Assembly (NCBI GenBank): GCA_963790475.1
Contig: CAWBOS010000010.1
Coordinates: 928,001-992,000 of the forward strand
Source of the DNA: an uncultured delta proteobacterium
GTDB taxonomy: Bacteria; Desulfobacterota; RBG-13-43-22
Length of the DNA: 64,000 bases
Reading direction: 5' to 3'
Shown: piece by piece, positions 49,614 through 59,217 of the stretch
How the letters are laid out: the number at the start of each line of letters is the position of its first letter
How positions within the stretch are numbered: the first letter of the stretch is position 1
Made by a program: the position numbers and the translations under genes
The notes under the pieces: model-generated
What the model saw: the letters and a program-made list of their open reading frames with translations, nothing else
Told to the model about the DNA's origin: nothing
Databases searched by the model: none

Positions 49614-51611
49614 ATGGAGCAAGCATTCAAACTGATTTCTGAATTCACTCCTAAAGGGGATCAGCCCCAGGCTATTGAACAGTTAGTTCAAGGGGTTGAA
49701 CAAGGATTGGAACACCAGGTCCTCCTGGGGGTCACCGGTTCGGGGAAGACCTTTACCATGGCCCAAGTCGTGGCCCGGGTCCAAAGACCGACCCTGGTTC
49801 TGGCTCCCAATAAGACCCTGGCCGCCCAGTTGTATGGTGAATTCAAATCTTTTTTTCCGGAAAATGCCGTTGAATATTTTGTCAGTTATTATGACTATTA
49901 TCAGCCTGAGGCCTATCTCCCCCAGACCGATACTTATATTGACAAGGATTCCTCCATTAACGAAGCCATCGATAAAATGCGGCACTCAGCCACCAGGTCT
50001 CTATTGACCCGTAAGGACTGCCTGATAGTAGCCAGCGTCTCCTGCATTTATGGTTTGGGATCTCCCGAAGCCTACCGGGGGATGCTCCTTTCTCTGCAAG
50101 AAAATCAGGAAATAGGCCGGGAAGATATTTTAAACCAACTGGTTTCCATGCTTTATGAACGAAACGACTTCGACTTCCACCGGGGTACCTTTCGGGTCCG
50201 GGGTGACGTCGTGGAAATCTTTCCCGCTTACGAAGAAGATCAAGCCCTGCGCATTTCCTTTTTTGGCGATTCCATTGAAAGCCTGTCCATGATCGATCCC
50301 TTACGGGGAAAAATAACCGGCCGGCTGCCACAAGTTCATCTCTTTCCCAACAGCCACTATGTAACCCCGGAAGCCACGATGGAACAGGCCTATCAAGCCA
50401 TTGAAGTCGAATTGGAAGAACGGATCGCCTTCTTTCGCTCCCGGGAGAAACTGATCGAGGCCCAGCGGATCGAAGAACGGACCCGGTTCGATCTGGAAAT
50501 GATGCAGGAACTTGGTTACTGCCACGGTATCGAAAACTATTCCCGTCACCTAACCGGCCGCCAACCCGGTCAACCTCCCCCTACCCTGCTGGAATATTTT
50601 CCCAGGGATTTTCTTCTTTTTATAGACGAAAGTCATCTGGCTGTTCCCCAGATCCGCGGCATGTACCGGGGAGACCGGTCCCGCAAACAGACCCTGGTTG
50701 ATTATGGATTCCGGCTTCCTTCGGCCCTCGATAACCGCCCCTTGAATTTTGAAGAATTTGAAAAACTGGTGCACCAGGTTATCTATGTCTCGGCTACCCC
50801 GGCCGAATTCGAACTGACGAAATCGGGAGGTCTGGTGGCCGAACAAATTATCCGTCCCACGGGCCTGATGGATCCCCTTATCCAGGTCTTCCCGGCGGAC
50901 AATCAGGTGGAGCATTTGAAAAAAGAGATCGAAAAGCGGGTCTCCCGGCAGGAACGGATTCTGGTCACCACCCTGACCAAACGTCTGGCCGAGAATCTCA
51001 CTGAATATTATCAGGAGTTAGGGATCAAGGTTCGTTATCTCCATTCCGATATCGACACCCTGGAACGGATCGAGATCCTGCGGGATTTACGTCTGGGGGC
51101 CTTTGATTGTCTGGTTGGAATCAATCTCCTGCGGGAGGGACTGGACCTGCCGGAGGTAAGCCTGGTGGCCATCCTGGATGCCGACAAGGAAGGTTTCTTA
51201 AGATCCACCCGTTCCCTGATCCAGACCTGCGGACGGGCCTCCCGAAATGTCTCCGGCGTGGTCTATTTCTATGCTAACCAGGTCACCCGTTCGATGCAGG
51301 AAGCTATACAGGAAACGGAAAAGCGCCGAGCCATCCAGATGGCCTACAATAGAAAAAATAAAATAACCCCCGCTTCAATAAAAAAATCGATTCAGGATAT
51401 TCTTTCATCGGTCTATGAGGCCGATTATGTGACCGTTCCCGTTGCCAAGGACAAACAAAAGGAATTCGTGGAACCCCAACAGGTCCCCCAACTGATCAAA
51501 CAACTCAGGAAAAGAATGAAAGATGCGGCCACTCGCCTGGATTTTGAGGAGGCCGCCGAACTTCGGGACCGGATCAAGGTGTTGCAGGAAGAGGAGTTGC
51601 TTTGGAAATGA
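49614..51611 (+). CDS. uvrB: Excinuclease ABC subunit B
   Basis: [36 protein letters not shown]-terminal UVR domain. Confidence 0.98.
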   Translation: MEQAFKLISEFTPKGDQPQAIEQLVQGVEQGLEHQVLLGVTGSGKTFTMAQVVARVQRPTLVLAPNKTLAAQLYGEFKSFFPENAVEYFVSYYDYYQPEAYLPQTDTYIDKDSSINEAIDKMRHSATRSLLTRKDCLIVASVSCIYGLGSPEAYRGMLLSLQENQEIGREDILNQLVSMLYERNDFDFHRGTFRVRGDVVEIFPAYEEDQALRISFFGDSIESLSMIDPLRGKITGRLPQVHLFPNSHYVTPEATMEQAYQAIEVELEERIAFFRSREKLIEAQRIEERTRFDLEMMQELGYCHGIENYSRHLTGRQPGQPPPTLLEYFPRDFLLFIDESHLAVPQIRGMYRGDRSRKQTLVDYGFRLPSALDNRPLNFEEFEKLVHQVIYVSATPAEFELTKSGGLVAEQIIRPTGLMDPLIQVFPADNQVEHLKKEIEKRVSRQERILVTTLTKRLAENLTEYYQELGIKVRYLHSDIDTLERIEILRDLRLGAFDCLVGINLLREGLDLPEVSLVAILDADKEGFLRSTRSLIQTCGRASRNVSGVVYFYANQVTRSMQEAIQETEKRRAIQMAYNRKNKITPASIKKSIQDILSSVYEADYVTVPVAKDKQKEFVEPQQVPQLIKQLRKRMKDAATRLDFEEAAELRDRIKVLQEEELLWK

Positions 51612-51616
51612 GAATT

Positions 51617-51742
51617 AGGCATGAGGCGAGAGGCAAAAGGCAAAAGGCAGGAGGAACGAGGCCTGGGTAGCCGCTGATGGAAAAACAGAAATATTTCTTT
51701 ATTGACCATCGCCTCATGGCTCACGCCTTACGCCTCTTACTT
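51617..51742. repeat. Inverted heptamer repeats (aggcNNN / NNNgcct)
   Basis: aggcatg aggcgag aggcaaa aggcaaa aggcagg ... cgcctca tggctca cgcctta cgcctct. Confidence 0.8.
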
Positions 51743-51765
51743 AATTCTGAAACAAGGAGAGAACA

Positions 51766-53313
51766 GTGACCAACGGATATGTCCTTGGGGCTTTATTGGC
51801 TGGACTGATCATTGGGGCCGGATTAGTCTGGATGGTTTTTCGAATGAAAACCTCTCAGAAGATTTCTGAAGTCTTCCAACCCCTGCAATCGGAATTGGCG
51901 GTGGTCGGGGAACGGCTCAAAGCCCGAGATGCTGAACTTCAAGGGTTTTCAGCGGATAATCAAAAACTGGAATTGGAAATCCGACAACTAAGACAAACGC
52001 TCCTCCAAGAAGGCCAGGAAAAGGCCGCGGCTGTGAAAGAGGCCGAACAATTAACTGAACTCCGGGACCGCCTCCAAGACCGGGAAAAGGAACTCAAGAC
52101 CTTACGGGAGGAAGTCACCGCCTTGAAACAGGTACAAGCCGAGTTGGAAACCACCCTGCACAAGGAACGACAAGGCATGGAAGAGAAAATCGCCTTCTTG
52201 AATGAAGCCGCCGAAAAAATGGAGGATGCCTTCAAAGTCTTATCAGCCGAATGTTTGAAAAGTAATAACCAACAATTTTTAGACTTGGCCCGGGCCACTC
52301 TGGAAAAATATCAATCCGAGGCCAAAGGAGATCTGGAACAACGTCAAAAGGCCGTGGATAGCACCATCGCCCCATTGAAGGAAACCCTGGAAAAATACGT
52401 CCAACAGGTCCAGGCCATGGAAATGTCCCGTCAGCAGGCTTACGGGAGTCTGAGCCAGCATTTGGAAACTATGTCCATCACTGAAAAACAGCTTCAACAG
52501 GAAACCGGCAATTTGGTGAAGGCCTTGCGGTCACCCCAGGTTCGGGGAAGGTGGGGTGAAATCACTTTAAAACGAGTTGCCGAATTGGCTGGCATGTCTG
52601 AACATTGTGACTTTTTTGAGCAAGAATCGGTGAACAGCGAGGAAGGAAGGTTGAGGCCGGATATGATCGTTCGACTGCCCAACAAGAAATTGGTGGTCGT
52701 GGATTCCAAAGCCCCTCTGCAATCCTATCTGGATTCTCTCGAATCTCCGGCCGAAGAGGAGCGAAAGACGAAACTCGGGGATCATGCCCGCCTCATCCAA
52801 TCGCACATGCAGAAACTTTCCGCCAAGAATTACTGGGACCAGTTTCCCGAAGCCCCGGAATTTGTGATTCTTTTTTTGCCGGGAGAAAATTTTTTCAGCG
52901 CCGCCCTGGAGCAGAACCCCTATTTGATTGAAGAAGGGGTGAACCGGAAAGTTATTCTGGCTACACCCACCACCCTGATCACTCTTCTTCGGGCTGTAGC
53001 CTATGGCTGGCGTCAGGAGGCCCTGGCCGAAAATGCCCAAGCCATCAGTGAAATGGGAAAAACCCTTTTTGAAAGGCTGGTCAAGCTGGCCGCTCATTTT
53101 GCCGATTTAGGCCGGCATCTCGATAAATCCATCCATTCCTATAATGAGGCCGTCGGCTCTCTGGAAAGCCGGGTCCTTCCGGCTGCCCGGCGATTTAAAG
53201 AATTGGGCATCAGTTCCAAGGCCAATGTTCCCGAATTAAGCCCTTTGGAAAAAAAATCCCGTAATTTTCAGTCTCCCGAGCTTTATGCCGAAAAAGAAAG
53301 TGAAGACCTTTAA
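51766..53313 (+). CDS. rmuC: DNA recombination protein RmuC
   Basis: N-terminal TM + coiled coil, RGRWGE..L, RPD.IV.LP, VDSK.P, TPTTL..LL. Confidence 0.93.
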   Translation: MTNGYVLGALLAGLIIGAGLVWMVFRMKTSQKISEVFQPLQSELAVVGERLKARDAELQGFSADNQKLELEIRQLRQTLLQEGQEKAAAVKEAEQLTELRDRLQDREKELKTLREEVTALKQVQAELETTLHKERQGMEEKIAFLNEAAEKMEDAFKVLSAECLKSNNQQFLDLARATLEKYQSEAKGDLEQRQKAVDSTIAPLKETLEKYVQQVQAMEMSRQQAYGSLSQHLETMSITEKQLQQETGNLVKALRSPQVRGRWGEITLKRVAELAGMSEHCDFFEQESVNSEEGRLRPDMIVRLPNKKLVVVDSKAPLQSYLDSLESPAEEERKTKLGDHARLIQSHMQKLSAKNYWDQFPEAPEFVILFLPGENFFSAALEQNPYLIEEGVNRKVILATPTTLITLLRAVAYGWRQEALAENAQAISEMGKTLFERLVKLAAHFADLGRHLDKSIHSYNEAVGSLESRVLPAARRFKELGISSKANVPELSPLEKKSRNFQSPELYAEKESEDL

Positions 53314-53502
53314 TCATTGAAACGAAATCCGATGAGCCCGGGTCAGGAGGACGAAAATGGAAATTTCTGGTTTTTATTTTAGAGTTCATATAAAGTAATA
53401 AGTTATACGGAAAAAGGAAATCAGACTATATTGCCCAAAATCCTGGGATTGAAGTCTAAGGAAATTGTTTGAATTTTTCAAAACCCACGATGGAAGAACA
53501 CT

Positions 53503-54741
53503 ATGGAACCCATTGATAAAAGCACCATCCTCAATCAAATAGCCGCCAACGATTATCTGCCTTCCCTTTCCCCTTTAACCATACAATTAATCGGATTAGC
53601 CGCCGATGAACACAGTTCCATCCTGGATCTGACCCGAATCATCGAAAAGGACCCGGGATTAACTGCTCGCTTGCTGAAAATCGTCAATAGTGCTTTCTAT
53701 GCTCATCGGGAACCCATTTCTTCCATCTCCTATGCGGTTATGGTAGCCGGGTTTAATAAAATCCGGGTGATGGCTTTGAACATTTCTTTAAAGGACACCT
53801 TCCCGCTGGGTAAAGTGAGCGGTATGGATTATGACTTTTTCTGGAAAACCTCTCTCTACCGGGCCATTATTGCCCAGGGCCTGGTGAAAGGTTCCTATCT
53901 CAACGACCGGGTTGATTCTGAAGAAGTTTTTACCGCCGGACTGATCCTTGAAATCGGCATGCTGCTCCTATTTCATCTTTGCCCCGAACCTTTAAAAGAA
54001 TCCTTTCCGGGGGGGGATGTCCCTTTGGAAGAAGCCCTCCTCTGGGAGGAAGAACATATAGGAATCAACCACCGGGAACTCGGGCGTCAGACCCTTGAGC
54101 ACTGGCACTTTCCGGAACAGTTCATTGAAGTCCAAAAAATCTACGGACCGGAGGCCCTGCAGGAAGGAACTTCAGAATTATGCAAAATCTCGGAAATTGC
54201 CCGAGTCTGCACCCAGCTTTTTTTCGGGTTCAGGGATGATTTTGCTTTACTAAAGGAAATCTCAGGGCTGTTGAAAATGGATTTTGACCGGATAAGTGAA
54301 ATCCTTTCCGAAGCCTTTTTCCGGGTCGAGGAATTCGCCCGGGAACTCCGCCTGCAGATCAGTCCCAACCAGGACATGTTGGAGGTGATGGGAAAAGCCA
54401 ACCGGGCTTTGATCAAAATCAACGGTTCCCTGGAAGAGAATCTTGGAAAAATTGTCGGAATGGTTTCCGGCCAGGACAAAGAGACCGGACTTATCCCATC
54501 GGACCAGCCGGAAAAAGAAAAGAAAACATTTGAAACGGCTCTGGATGCGGTGGCCCATGAAATCCGAAACCCCCTGACGGTCATCGGCGGGTTCGCTCAG
54601 CGTATCATGAAGAAAGGTCATGAACAGGGTGATGTGGTCAAATATGCCGAATTAATCGCTCAAGAATCGCTTCGTCTGGAAAAGGTTTTGAATGATTTTA
54701 TGGATTCCACTACTTTCTCCCGGCCTTCGGAAAAAGATTAG
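53503..54741 (+). CDS. HDOD-domain protein with C-terminal HisKA domain (no HATPase)
   Basis: DPGLTARLLKIVNSAFY, GINH.E.G....W.FP, VAHEIRNPLTVIGGFA. Confidence 0.85.
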   Translation: MEPIDKSTILNQIAANDYLPSLSPLTIQLIGLAADEHSSILDLTRIIEKDPGLTARLLKIVNSAFYAHREPISSISYAVMVAGFNKIRVMALNISLKDTFPLGKVSGMDYDFFWKTSLYRAIIAQGLVKGSYLNDRVDSEEVFTAGLILEIGMLLLFHLCPEPLKESFPGGDVPLEEALLWEEEHIGINHRELGRQTLEHWHFPEQFIEVQKIYGPEALQEGTSELCKISEIARVCTQLFFGFRDDFALLKEISGLLKMDFDRISEILSEAFFRVEEFARELRLQISPNQDMLEVMGKANRALIKINGSLEENLGKIVGMVSGQDKETGLIPSDQPEKEKKTFETALDAVAHEIRNPLTVIGGFAQRIMKKGHEQGDVVKYAELIAQESLRLEKVLNDFMDSTTFSRPSEKD

Positions 54742-54868
54742 ATTTTTACATTCATAAAACCGAGAATTTATCTCCAGCATTTAATTTAAGGGCTAATCTT
54801 TCAAACATGTTTGGGTAAGCTTTCCCCGGAACGAGAAATCATCGAAACCTATCAAGGAGGAAAGAAAT

Positions 54869-55669
54869 ATGGACGAGTTAATCCAAAGAGCGGCGGAACA
54901 ATTAATAAAAAGCAACCATGCCATCACCTTGACCGGGGCGGGATGCTCCACCGAATCGGGAATTTCAGATTTTCGCGGACCAAACGGAATCTGGACCAAG
55001 AACCCCGAAGCCGAACGAAAGGCCAATCAGAGTTACGCCAAGTTCCAGCAAAACCCAAAAGAATACTGGAAAGATCGAATGGCCGGTGCTTCGCTTCTGG
55101 GGGATCTGACCAATGCCGTCCCCAATTCCGGGCATTATGCCCTGGCCGAACTGGAAAAAATGGGTATCCTGAAATGTGTAGTCACCCAGAATATCGACAA
55201 CCTGCACCAGAAAGCCGGAAGTGAAAAAGTCTTGGATTATCATGGAAATATTTCTTTACTGCGATGTGCTTCCTGTGACACCCGGTTTAATCCCCTGGAA
55301 TTCGATCTGGATCGCTTATTGGCGGAGGATCAACTACCGCCCTTATGCCGAAAATGCAATGGGGTCCTGAAGTCCGATGTGGTCCATTTCCATGAGGCCA
55401 TTCCCACGGATGTTGCCCGGGAAAGTCAGAAAGAAGCCGAAAAATGCGACCTCATGTTGATCTGTGGGACCTCGGCCGTGGTTTACCCCTTTGCTTATTT
55501 ACCCAGAATGGCCAGACAGCGCCAATCAGGGAAAAGAACCGTTATCATTGAAATCAATGCCGATCCCACACCTTTGACCGAAGAAGGGATATCGGATTAC
55601 CTGATCCAGGGCAAAACCGGCATAATCTTGCCGAAAATCGCGGAAGAGGTTAAAAGAAGAATTGGTTAA
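54869..55669 (+). CDS. cobB: Sir2-family NAD-dependent deacylase
   Basis: TGAG.STESGI.DFRG, TQNIDNLH, HG, two CxxC, GTS..VYP. Confidence 0.92.
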   Translation: MDELIQRAAEQLIKSNHAITLTGAGCSTESGISDFRGPNGIWTKNPEAERKANQSYAKFQQNPKEYWKDRMAGASLLGDLTNAVPNSGHYALAELEKMGILKCVVTQNIDNLHQKAGSEKVLDYHGNISLLRCASCDTRFNPLEFDLDRLLAEDQLPPLCRKCNGVLKSDVVHFHEAIPTDVARESQKEAEKCDLMLICGTSAVVYPFAYLPRMARQRQSGKRTVIIEINADPTPLTEEGISDYLIQGKTGIILPKIAEEVKRRIG

Positions 55670-55739
55670 TATCTTTTTTCACTCCGGGTCTCAATGCTGT
55701 CCCGATTAGTTCGGCAATGAACCTCCGAAGGAGACCGCA

Positions 55740-56594
55740 ATGAACTTGAAAGGAAGCCAAACAGAAAAAAATCTTGAAATGGCCTTCGCCGCAGAATCAA
55801 AAGCCCGAAATGCCTATACGTATTACGCCGAAGCCGCTCGGAAGGCGGGTCATCCCCTGGTGGCTGATGTATTCCTGGAAATTGCCAAAAATGAAGAAGA
55901 GCACGCCAGGGGTCATTTGGAATTCCTTGAAAAGATCCGGGATACCCAAACCAATTTGGAGGCTGCGGTTCACGGCGAACATTACGATGCCACCTCGATC
56001 TACCCTGATTTTGCCAGGACCGCTCGAGAAGAAGGGTTTAAAGCTATTGCCGATTATTTTGAACGAATGACTAAGATAGAGGCCAAACATGAAACAATAA
56101 TCCAGAATCTTCTTAGACTCTTAAAAGAGGGCGAGACCCTCAAGGAAAGGACCGCCGGACATTCCGCCATAACCCTGGTCGAGGTAATGTTGCCGCATCA
56201 GGGCAACGTTGCCGGCAATGTTCATGGGGGGGAGATCATGAAAATGATGGATACCGCCGCCGGGGTTGTTGCTGCACGCCATGCCCATTCCAATGTGGTG
56301 ACGGCCAAAGTTGAAGAATTGAATTTTCTGAGGCCGGTGCATATCGGAGAACTGGTTTTCGCTAAAGCCACCCTAACCTTTGTCAGTCGGACCTCGATGG
56401 AAGTTCTGGTTGAGGTCGAGACCGAGAATCTGGCAACGGAAGAACGACACATAGCCCTGACGGCCTCTTTTATTTATGTATCTCTGGATCAAACCGGGAA
56501 ATCTATAATGGTTCCCCCCCTTCTTATTACCACCGAAGAAGGTGAAAGACTTTTCGAGGAAGGGCGAAAACGATACGAAAACCGGAAGAAATAG
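55740..56594 (+). CDS. Rubrerythrin-like di-iron domain fused to a hot-dog acyl-CoA thioesterase
   Basis: LKGSQTEKNL..AFA.ES.A, NEEEHA, EAKH; then N..GNVHGGEIMK.MD, PV.IG, RTSMEV. Confidence 0.85.
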   Translation: MNLKGSQTEKNLEMAFAAESKARNAYTYYAEAARKAGHPLVADVFLEIAKNEEEHARGHLEFLEKIRDTQTNLEAAVHGEHYDATSIYPDFARTAREEGFKAIADYFERMTKIEAKHETIIQNLLRLLKEGETLKERTAGHSAITLVEVMLPHQGNVAGNVHGGEIMKMMDTAAGVVAARHAHSNVVTAKVEELNFLRPVHIGELVFAKATLTFVSRTSMEVLVEVETENLATEERHIALTASFIYVSLDQTGKSIMVPPLLITTEEGERLFEEGRKRYENRKK

Positions 56595-56649
56595 TTAGAC
56601 TCCTCACCCGATACCCGATTGAAATCAACTCCCGAAAAGGAACATTCCA

Positions 56650-56852
56650 ATGGCTAATCAAAAAGTTCCTGTCAAACATTACCAGCGTCTGTCCAAACTC
56701 TTTCCAGAAGCCATCTCCGCCCTTGAGAATTTGGGCTCTGCCATCCACAATTCCGGTCCAATAAGAGGAAAAACGGCAGAACTCATTCAACTGGCAGGAG
56801 CGGCGGCCGTACAATCAGAGGGGTCGGTCCATTCTCATACTCGCCGGGCTGC
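56650..56852 (+). pseudogene. Carboxymuconolactone decarboxylase/AhpD-like gene truncated by an IS200 remnant
   Basis: KTAELIQLA.AAA..SEGSVHSHTRRA, then runs into antisense tnpA sequence. Confidence 0.8.
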
Positions 56853-57165
56853 CCTTTTGAACATTCAACTCCTGGAACTTCACAACCGGCATATCCGCAA
56901 ATCGCCTGAATCCCGTTGCCGATCATTTCTCCTACATTCCCAGCCAATATCCTTTAGCGATATTTCGGAACCCAGATAATATGATACTGACAATGCCATA
57001 TCGTAGGTGATAACTTTCGAAATCTACTCACTGCTGTCTCCTTTCATTCGAGATTGCGGCAACAACTCGATGGAAAACATAGCAGTGAGTGGGCTTTCAG
57101 CCAAGCCCATTCAGGACCGGCATAGCCAGTCTACATGACCCCGCCCTTAGGGCGGGGGTTTCTAC
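56853..57165 (-). mobile_element. Truncated, degenerate IS200 copy (left end + 5' of tnpA)
   Basis: Colinear with 43220-43531; same LE hairpin; in-frame TAA after VPKYR; preceded by TTGAT. Confidence 0.9.
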
Positions 57166-57198
57166 ATCAAACTAAACCCTATTGCACCGGAGTAAATA

Positions 57199-57690
57199 AT
57201 GCCTATCACTTTAGAACCCATGACCGCTGCCGACCGCATACCGGTTATAGAGATTTTTAATTTTTACATCGAAAAAAGTTTTGCCGCCTATCTTGATCGG
57301 AAGGTCCCCTATAACTTCTTTGATAGTCTTCTAAAAGCCGGAGAAGGTTATTCGGCCATTGTGGCTAAAGATGAAACAGGTGAGGTGTTGGGATTCGGAA
57401 TGCTCAGGGCCTACCATTCCTTTCCGGCCTTCTCCAGAACAGCAGAAATTTCCTATTTCATCAAGCCCGAATGGACCAGAAAAGGTGTGGGGGACTTGAT
57501 GTTAACCCACCTTATCCGAAAAGCGGAGGGAAAAGGCATTACCTCCCTCCTGGCCAGCATTTCCTCCCTTAATGAACCGAGTATCCGTTTCCACAAAAAA
57601 AACGGATTCATGGAATGTGGACGGTTCAAAAAAATCGGAGAAAAAAAAGGACTGTTGTTTGATGTAGTTTATATGCAAAAGATGCTTTAA
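57199..57690 (+). CDS. GNAT N-acetyltransferase (Pat/YncA-like)
   Basis: IFNFYI, TAEISYFI, N..SIRFH.K.GF..CG, G.K.G..FDV..MQK.L. Confidence 0.88.
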   Translation: MPITLEPMTAADRIPVIEIFNFYIEKSFAAYLDRKVPYNFFDSLLKAGEGYSAIVAKDETGEVLGFGMLRAYHSFPAFSRTAEISYFIKPEWTRKGVGDLMLTHLIRKAEGKGITSLLASISSLNEPSIRFHKKNGFMECGRFKKIGEKKGLLFDVVYMQKML

Positions 57691-57846
57691 TCCATCCCTT
57701 CTCTATCACTGCCTGCAAACAACAATCATTCCGAATTTACATAACTACAACAAATTCTGGACAAGAGGTAAAAAATTTTATATAATTTCTTTATTAGTAT
57801 TTAATAGGTTAAGCCAAACCAACTAAGGGAAATCAAGCAGGAATTC

Positions 57847-59112
57847 ATGGTCATTCAAGCCTTAAAAGGATTTAAAGACATTCTGCCCGGGGAAGCGGAG
57901 AAATGGGTCTTTATGGAAGAAACGGCCCGCAGGATCTTTCGGACCTTCGGGTTTTCCGAAATAAGAACCCCGGTAATTGAAAAAACCGATCTTTTTGTCC
58001 GTTCCATCGGGTCTTATACCGATATCGTAGAAAAGGAAATGTACACTATTATTGACCGAAGCGGGGATTCGATCACCATAAGACCTGAGGCTACGGCCTC
58101 GGTGCTGCGGGCCTTTATCGAACATAACCTGCAGAGTCAACAGCCGGTTCACAAACTTTTTTCTATCGGCCCCATGTTCCGGCACGAACGCCCGCAAAAA
58201 GGACGATTACGGCAGTTTCATCAGATCAATGCCGAATATATAGGGACCCCCAGCCCTTGCGCCGATGCGGAAATTATTTATTTGTTGATTCAACTCCTGG
58301 ATCATATGGGTCTTCAGGAGACTCGCTTACGAATCAATTCCCTGGGCTGTCCGCTTTGCCGGCCATCTTTCTCTTCGGCGTTGCAGGATTTTTTAGAGGA
58401 ACAGAAGTCATCGTTATGCCCGGATTGTCAACGCCGGATGGTTTACAACCCGTTGCGGGTCTTTGACTGCAAGGTGGACCGCTGCCAGGAGGTTATGACC
58501 AAAGCCCCAACGATTATGGCCTTTAATTGCCCGGATTGTCAAAGTCACTATGATCGGGTATTGGAACTTATCGCCGAACTTTCCATCCCGGTTCAATCGG
58601 ATCCACGGTTGGTCCGTGGCCTGGATTATTACTGCCGGACCACATTTGAGGTCAGTGCCAGCCATCTTGGGGCCCAGGATGCCGTGGCCGGCGGAGGTCG
58701 TTATGATGGTTTGATGCAGCAATTGGGAGGCCCGGATCTGCCGGCCATCGGTTTTGCCATCGGCCTGGAACGAGCGGCCCTTTTATTATCCACTCAGGAA
58801 GAATGGATAAACAGGCCTTTTGTCTATCTGATCCCCCTGGGGGCAGAGGCCCGTCAAAAGGCCTTCAATCTTTTGACGACCCTTTACAAAAAAGAAATAC
58901 CGGCCATGATGGATTATGAGGAGAAAAGTCTGAAAAGTCAGCTCAAGCGGGCGGATAAGGCCAAAAGTCCTTATGTGGCTATTATGGGAACCGAAGAACT
59001 GAACAAAGATCAAATCCTTATCCGAAATCTGAACACTCAGAACCAGGAAAGCATCCCGATCCCCCAATTTTTGGATTATTTCTTGGAAAGATACCATAAA
59101 AAAAAGGTATAA
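57847..59112 (+). CDS. hisS: Histidyl-tRNA synthetase
   Basis: KEMY, RPEATA, FRHERPQKGRLRQFHQ, LVRGLDYY, GGRYDGL. Confidence 0.98.
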   Translation: MVIQALKGFKDILPGEAEKWVFMEETARRIFRTFGFSEIRTPVIEKTDLFVRSIGSYTDIVEKEMYTIIDRSGDSITIRPEATASVLRAFIEHNLQSQQPVHKLFSIGPMFRHERPQKGRLRQFHQINAEYIGTPSPCADAEIIYLLIQLLDHMGLQETRLRINSLGCPLCRPSFSSALQDFLEEQKSSLCPDCQRRMVYNPLRVFDCKVDRCQEVMTKAPTIMAFNCPDCQSHYDRVLELIAELSIPVQSDPRLVRGLDYYCRTTFEVSASHLGAQDAVAGGGRYDGLMQQLGGPDLPAIGFAIGLERAALLLSTQEEWINRPFVYLIPLGAEARQKAFNLLTTLYKKEIPAMMDYEEKSLKSQLKRADKAKSPYVAIMGTEELNKDQILIRNLNTQNQESIPIPQFLDYFLERYHKKKV

Positions 59113-59198
59113 GGTTCAAGGTCTACGGTTCAAGGCAAAGTTATATTTAACGTTTAAATCTTATTGCCTTACACCGTATCCCGTGTACCGTGCACCTT
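59103..59198. repeat. Inverted heptamer repeats between hisS and aspS
   Basis: aaggtat aaggttc aaggtct acggttc ... tgcctta caccgta tcccgtg taccgtg cacctt. Confidence 0.8.
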
Positions 59199-59217
59199 CA
59201 AGATCAAGGAGAAATCA

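Noticed and set aside
45640-55669. Sir2 plus PncB as an NAD-based anti-phage system
   Set aside because: The sirtuin is a canonical Zn-binding CobB type, 8 kb from pncB, with no defence partners
56650-56979. 109-aa ORF as an intact novel protein
   Set aside because: C-terminal ~40 aa are antisense read-through into the IS200 remnant
43220-57165. Inversion or composite transposon between the two opposed IS200 copies
   Set aside because: Interval holds core genes, the KOPS seen inside point correctly toward dif, and the copies are diverged
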